A stretch of DNA of 63,838 nt, counting the filler, from Reticulomyxa filosa (lineage: Eukaryota; Protista; Foraminifera), in assembly GCA_000512085.1 (NCBI GenBank). It is 19 parts of 19 records of this genome, joined end to end, with 100 filler letters (N's around TTAATTAATTAA, not from the genome) between each part and the next. Parts side by side here need not be neighbours in the genome. Positions count along the whole stretch, not along the records: positions 11,153 to 14,196 come from ASPP01008114.1; positions 14,297 to 15,418 come from ASPP01000475.1; positions 15,519 to 17,938 come from ASPP01001338.1; positions 18,039 to 19,970 come from ASPP01022379.1; positions 20,071 to 21,217 come from ASPP01025114.1; positions 21,318 to 31,219 come from ASPP01000949.1; 13 more parts are not named here. One strand, given 5' to 3'. Position 1 is the first letter of the stretch. Each line of letters starts with the position of its first letter. Shown one piece after another: positions 13,409 to 26,535 of the stretch. The notes under the pieces were generated by a model. That model was not told the DNA's origin and did no database searches. It saw only the letters and a program-made list of their open reading frames with translations. A program made the position numbers and the translations under genes.

Positions 13409-13761
13409 CTCCATCACAATAAACTTTAGTTTATTGTTTAGTTGTTTATATGGTGTTCTTTTATTCCACAACTTTTTTTAAAAAAATAAGGCATAGCACT
13501 GAATAAGTTGCTCACATTTGTAATTGAAAAAAGTAGCTTTGTTCATGTGCTTTATTTAAAAGTTATATGCTACGGGCTACTGATAAGTTTGCAAGAAAAT
13601 TTTTTTTTGTAATACGTAAATATGGTGTGTGAAACAAAAATAAGAAAAGAACATATCAGTTAAATAATGAGAACCAAAAAAAAACAATTCCAAGAAACCT
13701 TTAAATTGTTAACACTTAATATTTTTTTATTAATATTATTCCATTAATTGCATGATGTTTT

Positions 13762-14131
13762 TCACAATGCCATTGCCGATTTTCCAGGCTTGTTGTTTGC
13801 ACCATTGCTATTTTCATTAGCAAGCGAGGAGCTCTCTTTTTGTGAAATTTGAGTTTGCTGTTGCTTCATGCCCCAGTTGATATAATCCGAGGTTTGGATC
13901 GCTTTGTATTCCTCAATTAAGTTTGTTATAGTTTCTCTGAGTAAGTTATTTGTCAAGCAAGCAAACGACAACTTCTGTCAAAAGTATCTGAATTTTTTGC
14001 AAAAAAAAACAAAACTTGGCATCTTCAAACTCATCCAAATTTTCGGAAAACACCGGTGTTTCTTTGTAGACATTTAAGAAAGCGTTTCTTTTTCTTAAAA
14101 TGTCATATGTCCGAATGATGCGAGCAAAGAG
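13762..14131 (-). CDS. TUBG1: Gamma-tubulin, last two exons (5' partial)
   Basis: Exons 14131-14016 and 13936-13762 translate LFARIIRTYDILRKRNAFLNVYKETPVFSENLDEFEDAKETITNLIEEYKAIQTSDYINWG, the gamma-tubulin C-terminal signature. Confidence 0.88.
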
Positions 14132-14296
14132 CTGTAAGTGTGTATTTTATAAAAATTTTGCAAGTAAATTAGTAAAGGAAAAGAGTAATATAAAAANNNN
14201 NNNNNNNNNNNNNNNNNNNNNNNNNNNNNNNNNNNNNNNNTTAATTAATTAANNNNNNNNNNNNNNNNNNNNNNNNNNNNNNNNNNNNNNNNNNNN

Positions 14297-14624
14297 TGAT
14301 TTTACTGTTCGTTTGTGGGATATTCGATCTGGTAAACAAATTCAAGTGTTCAATGGGCATGAAGATTATATTCGTGCTGTTGACTATTCACCATTTGTAC
14401 TAGAGAATAATATTGGTAATTCAAATGTGATATGTTCCGGATCATTGGATAATACAGTTCGATTTTGGGATATTCGATCAAATAAAAGAGAATTATATAT
14501 GATCAAAGGAAACGAACGTGAAGATGATGGAGTGCTTTGCATGAAGTTTGTGCAATTGAAAAATACAGATGTTGTTCGTTTATACTATGGTTTAAGAAAA
14601 GGGACAATTTGTATTTGGGAATAA
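14297..14624 (+). CDS. WD40-repeat protein C-terminus (expanded family), 5' partial
   Basis: WDIRSGKQIQVFNGHEDYIRAVDYSPF...ICSGSLDNTVRFWDIRSNKRELYMIKG. Confidence 0.88.
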
Positions 14625-16859
14625 ATTTGTTATAATTTTTGAAATTATTTTTTTTAAAATTTGTTGTTGGTTCAAATGAGGCTAAGAGTAAGAGACGATA
14701 CCATTGCCAAAAAAAAACAAAGACAACTATTCAAAAAATTTTCATTCCCCGAATTTTAAGAAAAAGAAAAGACAAACTTGTACTGTACTTTTTTTTTTTT
14801 AGTACTGATGTTTGTACCATTAACTATTATTTATGTTCTATTTTTTTTTTTAACTGAAGGCGATATAACATTACCTTCTCTTCGTCGCAAAAGAAAGAGA
14901 AAGAGAATGTGTAGAAAAAAAAAAAAAAAATTTGATATGATTTTTACGTCTTAATTTTGACTTCGAAGTCCTCTTTTTTTTGCAAGAGAATGTTGTTTTT
15001 CATTATTGATAGTCATGTCATCAATGTCAGTGTTATGAAGATGACGAGATGAATCGCGATCCACACTTTTCGAGTCATCCAATAGATGCATCTTTCTTGA
15101 TGAAACCTTGTGTTTACTTCCACTATCAACCACAATGGGCTTCATTTCTTGACGAATACACAAATACTCGAATAACACAGCGGATATCAAAAATGAACAA
15201 TCCTAATTTCTTGGAAAGTGATACACTATCCAACACAATATCAAGTGTAATAAATATATCGTCTTTGCTCTTTTCACTACCAAACATATGCAAAATGAAC
15301 TATTTTTAATTGCAAAAATTATTGTTATTATTTTTTTTTTTATAAAGAAGAGAAAAAAATACGCTGTATCTACTCACCTAGGAATTGCCTCTATGGTGAA
15401 GGCCATTATTGGAATATANNNNNNNNNNNNNNNNNNNNNNNNNNNNNNNNNNNNNNNNNNNNTTAATTAATTAANNNNNNNNNNNNNNNNNNNNNNNNNN
15501 NNNNNNNNNNNNNNNNNNTTTTTTGCAATATACTGTAATATAAAAGAATTAAATAAACAAGTATTTACATATAGACACACATTTTAAATTAAATACAAAA
15601 ACGAATATCACTTTCATTATTTAGATGAAGAATAATAAAATATAGATAATACTTATAGATGTTCTATGAAAATAAAAGCGATGATAATACAATAGTTCAT
15701 GTTGGAGTAGATCTAATGACAACACGAAAGTACATTTTAGTACAAATTTAGATAATCTATTTGAAAAGTAAAGAAGTTAAAATGCATGATATAGAAGTAT
15801 TTGAAAAAAAATTGGAAGAATTTGACAAATAAAAAGAATAAAATTGAAAACGTTGATTTGATATTTGTAATTATGATAACGAGTTTAAAGATATAAAAGA
15901 AAAAGTATCGTGTTTATGTAGCATACATTGAGATCCATAAAGTAGATTGGATAACTACTTCAAAGTTTGAAAGTGGGTTGTATTTGGATTACCTATGTTG
16001 TTAATATTGTTGAATTTTTTAAAGTAGTTTTAACTTTTTTAAGAAAAAACAAAATTTAATAAATAAAAACAAATTCAAGGTTGAACTGATGTCTTTTTTG
16101 TTTTTTGTAAGGAGTCAAAGATTTGAAACATACTTGTCTAAAAGGCAGTAAATTTTCATATAAGTATAAGCAAACACTTAATCTGACAATATTGTTATTT
16201 TGAATAACATCATTATATGTTAACATAAAAAAAAAGAGACAATAAATTAAACTAAAACAAATAAAACCGCTTTAGGGTATATGTATGCATGAGAAACTTT
16301 TAGGGAAATTGAAAGTAAGTTTAGACAATGTAAAGATCTCTTTTACGTATTTTTGATTGTTTTTGTGTAAAAAAAACTTTGGAAAAGCATTATTATTGCA
16401 TGCTGCACGTCAATACACTTGTTGTAAAAATATACATGATCAAACAAAACTAATCGACACTATTACTCTGTGGTATTGAAAAGTTCAGTGCATCCTAATT
16501 AAAAAATTTTATTTTTTGTATCAGCAAGCAATACTTAATTTACACTCTCCTGGGTGAAATTTAATTTACAAGAAGAAACAAAACAAACTTATTTTTTTCT
16601 AAACTTTTTTATTCTCGGACATGATTACTTGATGTGTCACAGATATCCAGCACATTTGTTTGCTGTACTTTTAGTCGCTCTAAGATCCAACCCACTGATA
16701 TTTGTCGTAGAGGTAACATTGCTTTTATAGTCACATATTGGAAGAGAACCCAAAGTGCTATATCACTAACAAACGAAAGCTCTTTCGTTTGTCGGTTTAT
16801 TTTATCCTGCCTACAAAAATAATGCTATATCAAAATAGACGTTTCTTTCTCCATTTGAT

Positions 16860-16975
16860 ATAAAAAAAAACAACCTACTCAATGCTTCATCCATGTCCTC
16901 GTGCTGAGAACAATTAATTTCAGCTGGATTGCTTGCAACTTGTTTACAAATCAAACAAATAAAATGATTGATTTA
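16860..16975 (-). pseudogene. Remnant of a RING/TRAF-type zinc-finger gene
   Basis: Minus strand reads ICLICKQVASNPAEINCSQHEDMDEAL, then degenerates. Confidence 0.45.
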
Positions 16976-17417
16976 TTCTTGTGCGTTTAATTGCAGATCT
17001 AATTTCTGTCAAAGCATTGTTAACATTTTTTTTTGAAGCAAAATACATAAAACAGAAAAAAAGAGAAAAATTACATCGATGATGCATCTTAAGAAAGTAA
17101 CTTCCACATTTTCAAACGAACAAAAAAAGTCTTTATTTTATAAGAAATTTAATAATTTAAATAACGTAGATATCAATTAAAGTTATGTTTTTATTGACAA
17201 AAATAACATCAAATCAAAGTTGATTAAATTTGTTTATGATCAGCTTTGTAAATTTAAAGAAAAAGTTATTTATGTAATTTTAAACAACAAAGTAAGATAA
17301 AATACATCTTTCAATTTTTGCATTCGATCAAATCAAACAAGTTTAATATCATCTTACTTTTCTTTTGATCAAATTTTTTCAAAAAAAACTTTCATTTCTT
17401 ATTTAACAAAAAGTAAA

Positions 17418-17938
17418 TTATCCCCAAACACGAGTGGTACCTTTGCTTGAACCATAACATAAATTCAAATCATATTTAACATTCTTTTTCAATCCAATAA
17501 ATCTAAGACAAATTATTCCTTTATCTTCGTTCTGTCTCCTTTGATCATATACAATTCATTCTTATTTGATCGAATATCCCAAAAACGAATTGTATTATCA
17601 CCTGATCCAGAACATATCATATATGAATTACCACTACTGTTCTGTATTATAAATGGTGAATATTCAACAGCATACAGTACTTTCATGTCCATTGAACCTT
17701 GAATTTGCTGACCATATCGAATATCCCACAAACGAATACTTTCATCATTTAATCCAGATAATATTGTATTTAATAATTCATTTGATCCATATTTTACACC
17801 ATAAATCCAACGTGTATGCCCTTTGAATGCATTGAATTGTTTTGTTGTTTCAATATCCCATATTCAGATAGTTCTGTCAAATGATCCTGAATAAATTGTA
17901 TATCCATTTCCACCAATCACACCAATATTATCATTGTT
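17418..17938 (-). pseudogene. WD40-family pseudogene C-terminus
   Basis: Paralogous to 14297-14624 (WDIRSNKNELYMIKG...LCYGSSKGTTRVWG*) but with frameshifts, e.g. QIQGSMDMKV in place of QIQVFNGH. Confidence 0.75.
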
Positions 17939-18050
17939 NNNNNNNNNNNNNNNNNNNNNNNNNNNNNNNNNNNNNNNNNNNNTTAATTAATTAANNNNNN
18001 NNNNNNNNNNNNNNNNNNNNNNNNNNNNNNNNNNNNNNAGTTTTTTATCA

Positions 18051-18126
18051 ATTTTGCAAGTTCCTGCACATTTTGCACGTTCCTGCATATTTTGCACGTT
18101 CCTGCACATTTTGCACGTTCTTGCAT
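18051..18126. repeat. 19-bp tandem repeat x4
   Basis: Unit attttgcacgttcctgcac with 0-2 mismatches per copy, no spacers. Confidence 0.9.
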
Positions 18127-18391
18127 TCTTGCAAAAAACTTGAAAAAATCTTGCAAAAAAAGCAGTTTGTATAAAAAATGAACAATCTCATACTGCTTAG
18201 TCTTGCTACATTCTTTAATATCTTTGGTTTGGTGTCACACATTCGATTATGTTGATGTGGTCAAATTAACTACTGATATATCATTTAAAGAAATTTGAAA
18301 AAAGAATTAATTTTCAAATCAGTAATTTGTTATAAAAGTATGAAAAACTTTTATTTTTTAATAAATCAAAAACAATTTCAGACAAACAAAT

Positions 18392-19560
18392 TTATTTGTT
18401 TTTTTTCATCATTTTGTTTTTTGTTTTTTGTTTCTTTTCTGTTTTGTCAATTTCTTTTTCTTCTGATTGAAATTCTGAAAATGTTCTTTTTTGTTTTTTT
18501 ATTTTTTTTTTTTCCACTTTATCTTCTTTTTTTTCTTCATCTTCATCTACTTTTCCTCTAAACATCTTTTTATTTGGCTCAAGTTTGCTTGCATACTTTA
18601 GTATGCGCACAATCTCGACCATTCCCTCCTCAAACGAATTCATTTCCAACAAAGGGTACACTTTTATGTTGAAAACATCTTTGTTTTCATTATTTTCAAT
18701 CTCAAACCACACTACACTTGGATATGCAAGTAACATTCCAACTCTTGCTCCACTCCATATCATATATCCAGCAATTTGAAGGACTGGATTCATTAATTTA
18801 AATCTATTATTAATCTTTTTATATTTCATAAGTCCTTCTTCTTTTTATTTTGTGCATTAAAAAACAATACATTTCGCAAAAAAACAAAATTATATCGTGC
18901 AAAAAACAAAATTATATCGTGCAAAAAAAAATAATTATTAACTTTGTTGCGTAACAACATATGTACGGTACTTTTCCATATTTTAGAAAGATTTTCCTTT
19001 TCATTTCAAAATTAATAACTTGCCGGTGATTTTATAATCAACAGCAACAAAAGGTGTCTTTAATTCCGCTTTCCGACAAGTTTTGTCATTAAGTGACATA
19101 AGTATGTCTGGAAATGCAGTAAAAGTGTCATTTTGTTTGCTATCTGATTTCACACTAGATAGTGTGCAATTAGATGCAATATACGTTTTTTGACGTAGTA
19201 TAGCATCCAAAATAGCCTTCGCTGCATTTAAAATATGCGCATTTTTTACTTCTTTTTCAATGTCAGAAGATACTTTTTCCCAAAGATATTTCAATATCAC
19301 AGGTAATTCATTTAAATGTGCACCTGTAATTTCATCATTAATACAATCATCACAGTGCTCCCATTTTTTTTCATCTGTAAATGTTATATTTACGGATTCT
19401 CGATATATTCTGGCCTTTATTCTTTTCTTTGCTGAGCCAGATGCGTTCATTTTATACGCCGTTTTGTTAATTTTTTTATTAAATATATCACCATATCTTG
19501 CTACTGTTTCTTTCAGTAGGTCTGATAATGCTAAATGTTTTTTTAATTTGTGTGTTGCAT
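18392..19560 (-). CDS. Putative PD-(D/E)xK restriction-endonuclease-fold protein, multi-exon
   Basis: FPDILMSL...PFVAVDYK (19001-19450) followed by LQIAGYMIWSGARVGMLLAYP (18392-18829); basic/acidic tail. Confidence 0.5.
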
Positions 19561-21317
19561 TTCAGTAAAAAGACAAATTGAAAAGTTAGTAAATAACTCA
19601 TTGTTTGTTGTTCTTGTGCCATTGTAATCTTTTTTTGAAATTGCAGCGTTAATATTGCGAAACAAGTGTGAAATTTGTTGTAAAAAAAAAGGAAATTTTA
19701 TTCGTTGAACGTGCTTTGATTGTGAAATAATAAATATCAGATTGATTTGCATAATGAGATTAATTTATGTATTCGTTGCAAAAAAAGAAAGTATGCTTAC
19801 ATTAAGAATGTCCATTCTTGAAAAAGAGCTTATTGAAATACCCACATGCTTTTCAATCAAAAAAAAATTATGATCAACCTTTTATTTCACATTAAATTTT
19901 CAACCAAATGATAAATTATATTTGATATTAGTACATAGGAACCCCTCCTCTCAATGTCCCTCTGGAACATNNNNNNNNNNNNNNNNNNNNNNNNNNNNNN
20001 NNNNNNNNNNNNNNTTAATTAATTAANNNNNNNNNNNNNNNNNNNNNNNNNNNNNNNNNNNNNNNNNNNNCCGCCCATCGAACGGTCTTTGTTTTCATCT
20101 TCAGTGTTACCAAACCCACTGAAATCATTTTGATTCATTTTTTTTGTTAATTGTCTTAATTTTTTTGAGCTGGATTACTTTCTATGAAAAGAGAAAAATA
20201 ACCTCACTGAATGTTAAAAAGGACAGTTGCTAGCGAGACGAAAAACTGTTTTTAATTTTAAAGTAAAATTGCTGCACTTTTTGAAAAAGTACTCAAATTG
20301 TAATTACAAACTTTAAATGGACTGATGGCATGTTGTGTACGGAAATGAAGTCTTTTACTTGAGTGTGGGAAAAATCCCGCTCGTGACATGTCAGAAATTT
20401 GTTTGACTGACGACAATAGCAAAACCAAACGAAATGGAAACTCTGTAGGGCTTGTTTTGAAGAAGAGAAACTGCCAACACATTGCAAGCTCTAGCCCCTT
20501 AGAAGCTTGTACGACCTACTTTACGGAAATACAATGTAATGATTGCAAATAATGGCGCTTAAGTAATGTTTATGCTGCTTTTTTTAGAACAACGGTACAC
20601 TATTACTGACTGTGTAAATGTCTGGAAAAACAGTGGTGTAGAGATAATGAGTGTATTAGAGTAGCCAAGTCAATCAAGTGTTTTATTTTGTCCTCTGGGA
20701 TTATTGTATCACAATTGATCATTTACTAAAAGCCAAACCATTTTCAGTAGATTGCATATAAGTTAGAGGATACCAATAAACGACTACAATTTCAGAAATA
20801 AATTGGAGCATACATGTGCAAATGTGAAGACTTATTATGAAAAAATTGATTCGCACGTAGCTTTTGCAAGCCTTTCGTGTTGCTATAAAAATTATGAAAT
20901 AGAAAAATTATGATAATTGTATTGTCCGTCTCATTTTGTTGTTATATGATATTTTTTATTGGTGGGTTTGTTTTATGGTAACTTTTTCTTTTTTTTGAGA
21001 AGGAAAACACAAAAAGAGTTTGTGCTAAAGCACGGAGTGTGTCTTTACATCTGAAAACTAAACATCTAATTTTGAAAAGGGGAACAGTCTAAAATTGTCA
21101 AGCGATTTTTTTGTTGTCGTGTGAAAAACGTTGGAAAATATATTTTTTGTTTTTAAATAAAGTAATCTTTGTACAACATACGGAATTGGTAATTAAGCTT
21201 TAATGTAACGCGAGTCTNNNNNNNNNNNNNNNNNNNNNNNNNNNNNNNNNNNNNNNNNNNNTTAATTAATTAANNNNNNNNNNNNNNNNNNNNNNNNNNN
21301 NNNNNNNNNNNNNNNNN

Positions 21318-21589
21318 CTTATAAATAATTTTGTAAAAAGCAAATACATTCTGATACTTACCTCAAGGTGATGCGGAGATTTTGCATCAATTACAATCAT
21401 TTTTGAAAATTTTTTTCTTACAACAACTTTTCTAAATTTTTGTTTATTGTTTTTACAAACTACTTATAAAAGTGTAAACGTATATCCAGTAAACCAGAAA
21501 AAATAATCACAATTTGCTACTAAAATTTTTGTTAGAAACACAAAAAGTTCATATTTTAGAGTTGTCTAATTTTTTTTTTGTCGCAACTG
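21318..21589 (-). mobile_element. Tc1/mariner-like element end (family A)
   Basis: Minus strand begins TA|CAGTTGCGACAAAAAAAAAATTAGACAA; about 105 bp matches 32989-33094 on another contig. Confidence 0.65.
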
Positions 21590-22439
21590 TATAACGCCGA
21601 AACATTGTCTTGTTGCAATAAACACTTTTTTAATTATTTATTTAAACAAAATACGTATTATCAGGTTGCTGCACACATTTATTGATGATAAAGTAAAAAA
21701 CCCAGTTATTGCTTTGGATACTATCAGTGCAAGAGGAATATCTGCATTACTGTATCAACAGAGGGTTCGATGTTTGCAAGTTACTTACATAATTCAATTA
21801 ATACACTTATTACGAACTGCATTTTTTTGTCAAAAATTACATTGAACCATTTGCGATTGTCCAATCTTATAAGACGAACAACTTGAACAAAATTATTTAC
21901 AATTATTAATCTTACAACAAATTGTTTTCCACAAAAACATTTTACGTTCTCATAGACTTGTTAGAGATTGGTGGAAATGAACAAAAGTTGAATATTCAAT
22001 AGTACAACATAATTTGTGGGTCTATCGAATACTTTTGTCATATGATCCAAATATCTAATCATCATGAAATGATGAATTCAATTCCATAAAACTATTAAAT
22101 AATTCTTAAAGGAGTCCTTTTCCGGACAATTTGACTAAAAGAATCAGTTTTTTGTTCATTATTCTTTTATCACTGACAGATATTATGTAAAGAAAATTGC
22201 TATAATTATTTCAAATAAAAAGTATTTCAATTTCCTCACATGCTTGGTTGTGCGATAGTGAATTTGTAATTCTGCTGTTGATATTACGTTCACATTTTTT
22301 TTTTTCAAGTCCGAAAAAAATACCAATCACAAATATACATCAACATATTGTTGATCCCAATTCAGCAAAGATTATTTGCAGAAAAGGTTACTCCAATAAA
22401 AAAAAAATTCTAACTACGTTCTTTTTTTTATTATTAAAA

Positions 22440-25407
22440 TCATAAAATACGTTCATTTTCTACCAGTTTCTTATTCAACTCTGCCACTTCTTCTTTTGCT
22501 CTTACTGCTGTTTCATTCCATTCTCCGTGCAATCTACTGTAGCCTTTCCATGCTCCTTCATAATATTTACATGCAATTTTTGTGTCTCCTTTTGCTTCAT
22601 AGGAAAGCCCTAAAAGTTCATACAAATCGTAAACATCTTCATCTACAACACTAGTAATTTTTTCCTTTATCTCCAATGCTGTTTCATGACATACAATGGC
22701 TTTATCATATTTTCCAGCACGTATATACGCAAAGCCTAGATATGTGTAGGAGTCAAAAACATCAATGTGATAAGTTCCAAAAAGAGATTGCCTTATTTTT
22801 AATGCTTTGTCATAAACATCAATAGCTTGATCATATTTATCTAATTTCTCATAAGAAATTCCCAAATTGTCATAAGACTGAGCAACGTCAACATGATTGT
22901 TTCCAAAAATTGTCAATCTAATATGTAATGCCTTTTCTTGATATTCAATTGTTTTATCATATTGGCTCTTTTCTTGACAAACACATCCTAAATTGTTATA
23001 CAAGTCGGCAACAGTTTCATGATTAGTGCCAAAAATATCCAAGCTAATATGCAATGCTTTTTCATAGCACTCAAGCGCTTTGTCATATTGATTCATAGCA
23101 TCATAAGAAAATCCTAAGCCATGATAAGAATCGACAACATTACTATGTTTTTCCCCAAAGATTTCCAAACTGATTTTCAATGATTTTTCATAATATTCAA
23201 TTGCTCTCTCGTGTTCTTGTTTACTTTGATAAGTACGTGCTAAATTGGTGTATGAATTAACTACATCATTACTGTTCATATCGAAAATGTCCAATCTGAT
23301 TTGTAGTGTCTTTTCGTAGCATTCAATTGCTTTATCATATTGATTTTTATTTTGATAAATACATCCTAAACTTTCATATGCTGCAGCAACGTCCACATGA
23401 CAGGTTCCGAAAAGTTCTAATTTGATCTTTAGCGATTTTTCAAAGCATGCAATTGCTTCCTCGTACTTTTCTTTCTTATTATAAACATTTCCTAAGTTTC
23501 CATGCAACTGTGCAACAAACTTATAATTAATTCCAAAAATATCGGATATAATTTGTAATGCCTTTTCAAACAATTCTATTGCTTTGTCATATTGTCCTTT
23601 ATCACGATGTCGAAGTCCGATCGTGTTGTATGCAACAACAATGTAAGGGTGATTTACACCAAAATTATCGATTACAATTTGCAAATAATTTTGAAAATGG
23701 AGAATTGATTCATCGAACAATCTTTTGTTTGTGCATTCTTCTTCTTTGTATTCGAGATCTTGTAATTGTACTGCAATATCACGATGTATTTTTGTGTTCC
23801 ATCGAATGAATGGAAAAGATTGTTTTAACTGTTGATCAATCATGGCGTGTTTTGTTGCAAATATCTGTGTTGTAATGTTTACATGTCCTTTACAGTGAAT
23901 TTCACAATCAACAGCATATATATTGCCATCAATATTTATTTCCTCTAACATGATTAATTTTCTTTTTACCACATACATAATATATTCTCCAAACTCTTTT
24001 ATGTCATCTTTATCATTATTTACCAAAGCAGCAATTGAAGAGAGATTATCATTTCTGGTCTTCCATTTCAATGTGTTATAGGCAATAACAATCAATCCTT
24101 GTTCATTATCATGTAACATTATCTCGACTATTTTTGCTGCTTCTGTATTTGATTTTCTCCAATTCCTGTTCCAATGTTTTTTAAAATCTAATGTTTCTGG
24201 AACATTCCCATCCTCAATTATTGATTGTTCATATTTGGTATCTTCACCACTGTCACCACTTTGAATTGACTGTTCTGACAATCTCGGGATTAAATAGATA
24301 TCAGAATAAATGATGGAAACAGCTTGTACCATTTCTCTTTCCAAAATTTGGTCAAAAAGTACAATATTAATGACTTGTTTGGTAATAAACTCCAAACTTT
24401 TGTTCATATTCTTTTCCATCACTTGATAAAATATTTCAATGAAAGAATCTTTTGAGCTTTCGATTATTGTTTTGTCTGAGGTATTTACATAAATTGTAAA
24501 CATATCTGTGTCATGGTCATACCATATTTTCTTTTGAGCTGTTGCACTCACTTTACTTGTCCTACATTCTTCTTGTCCTTTGTATGTTATCTTTATGAAG
24601 ATCTTTGGTCTTCCAATGAAATATTCTGTTTTGGTTGCAAAGGCACTTTGGATCTCTTTGAAATCTTTCGCTTTATTGTCACTTGTGATCAACGCATCTC
24701 CACTCTCCCCAAATTCTCCATTTCCACACCATACAAAAATTAATCCGTCATAATCGGTATTATTGCTTGCGTGGTTGTTGGTACCATCGGTTAAATTCGA
24801 ACAATGTCTCACAATGAAACTGTTCAACTCATTCAAAGTAAGCTGTTCTGTATCTAGATTTTGCGGATTGTAAGTACTAAATACTTCATAACCAAATTTC
24901 GTTTGGAATAACGTTTGCAACAAATGAAGGTCATATTTCACGCCTTCTAAATACGGTTGTCTTTCATATTTAATTGCCCCGGCCAATAACACCAATGGAT
25001 ACTTTACCTCACATCGTGGTGGTGATGATGCTACTTGTTCCTCAAACCCTTTTTTTACTACAATTTCATTCAGGTTTGGGATATTTTCTATTCGTTGTGG
25101 AATTGTTTGTGTGCTTTCTTTTTGTTTTATATTGGAATTCAAAGGAAAAGACATTTTGGATAATTAAAAAACTTGATTGAAATTGCACAGTAAAATATAC
25201 AGTATTCCTTTTGAATGCCTGAATTACGTTTTTGTCAGTTCTAATGGGACCACCATTTTCATCAAAGATTGTCACCAGTACCTCGTTCGTGTGTATTGGT
25301 TGAGTGATTTGAACAATTTCTTGCTTCAAGTGTTCCATTGTCAGCTCTGACAACGTTATCGTATGCACTATTGGTCCATCATTCACATATGCTTTAAATG
25401 ACGACAT
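22440..25407 (-). CDS. PB1/ubiquitin-like + caspase-like (inactive) + ~9-10 TPR protein
   Basis: Exon 1 (25407-25173) splices in frame through a GT..AG intron (25172-25118) to ORF 25117-22440. Caspase-fold motifs YDGLIFVWCGNG and GRPKIFIKITYKG; 42-aa TPRs in the C-terminal half. Confidence 0.8.
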
Positions 25408-26535
25408 TGTAAAAAATAGCAATTAATGACGGGGAGCTCAATCTTGATCCAAAAAAAAAGTACAAAAACGAGACTCAACAAGTTCAACGTTTGCTCTTTA
25501 GAAATATATAATGCATTGCTTTCTTTAATCATAATGAAGGTCATTTTCAACAAAGAGCTGCACGCCACAGACATAAACTTAAAAATGAAAAAGTTGTACA
25601 TTTAAAGGAAAAACATTCAGAGAAAAAATACTCATTGAAACTTTTTAAATTGTAAATTTAAAGAATATGGATGTGGCGATATCTTAGTCGAGAAAAATGT
25701 TGGATGATATATGAAATTGGTAATGGCAAATACTTGCGATTATTGTTGACCACGTATATTGAGTCTCCAACAAATGAAACATATACACACAAAATAGAAT
25801 GAAAAACTGTTGAAGGATCAAACTTGAATTTGAAAAAGTTAGCCAAGACTTGAAAAAGTGAAAGTTTAGTCACTGAAGATGAAACCAACATTATCTTTTT
25901 CTCTTTTTGCTCTCATTGTTTGTGTATTGAATGACTTATCTTTTTATGTTTAATACAGCGACAAAAGTGCAAGATTCCAAGAGCGTACACTGGCTCTGTC
26001 AAATTTCGCTTTTTGAATTTATCCAAGATCGTTTAAATCCTTTTAATGGCTTACATTCTCGATGTCATTTTCAAAATTAAATTGTTTTAACACGTAATTT
26101 TACGACAAAAAAGTTAGTCAATAGTAAAACATTGAGGACCTTTGTTGAACACACAATTACAGAAAATGAATATGAATGGAGTACAGCAGTAAGTGATAAA
26201 TATTTAAACTGCTGATAAATATGTTGTATACAACGCTGATGATAGCTTTAGACATAACTTTTTTTTAATGAGACAGCAACTCAGATCTACAGGTACAGAA
26301 CTGTCATAATAAGAATACTAATTTATTTAACTTGAAAATTTACTTTCTTCTTTGAAGCATCATTATTTGAGAAACGTAACAATAAAATTGCCTGGCGTAG
26401 GAGAAAACCCCAAAAAAAACACAAAGACTTCTTTTTTGTTTTCCGACGTGCTCCCACGTCAGAACTCTTGGCAAAATTCTCATTTTTTTTTTTCCCAAAA
26501 CCGCACTCCCCTAAAATAATAATTGCCATAATACC

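Noticed and set aside
18051-18126. Possible CRISPR array
   Set aside because: Head-to-tail 19-bp units with no unique spacers, and no cas genes.
20071-21217. Short ORFs in contig 9
   Set aside because: No recognisable motifs or consistent exon structure.
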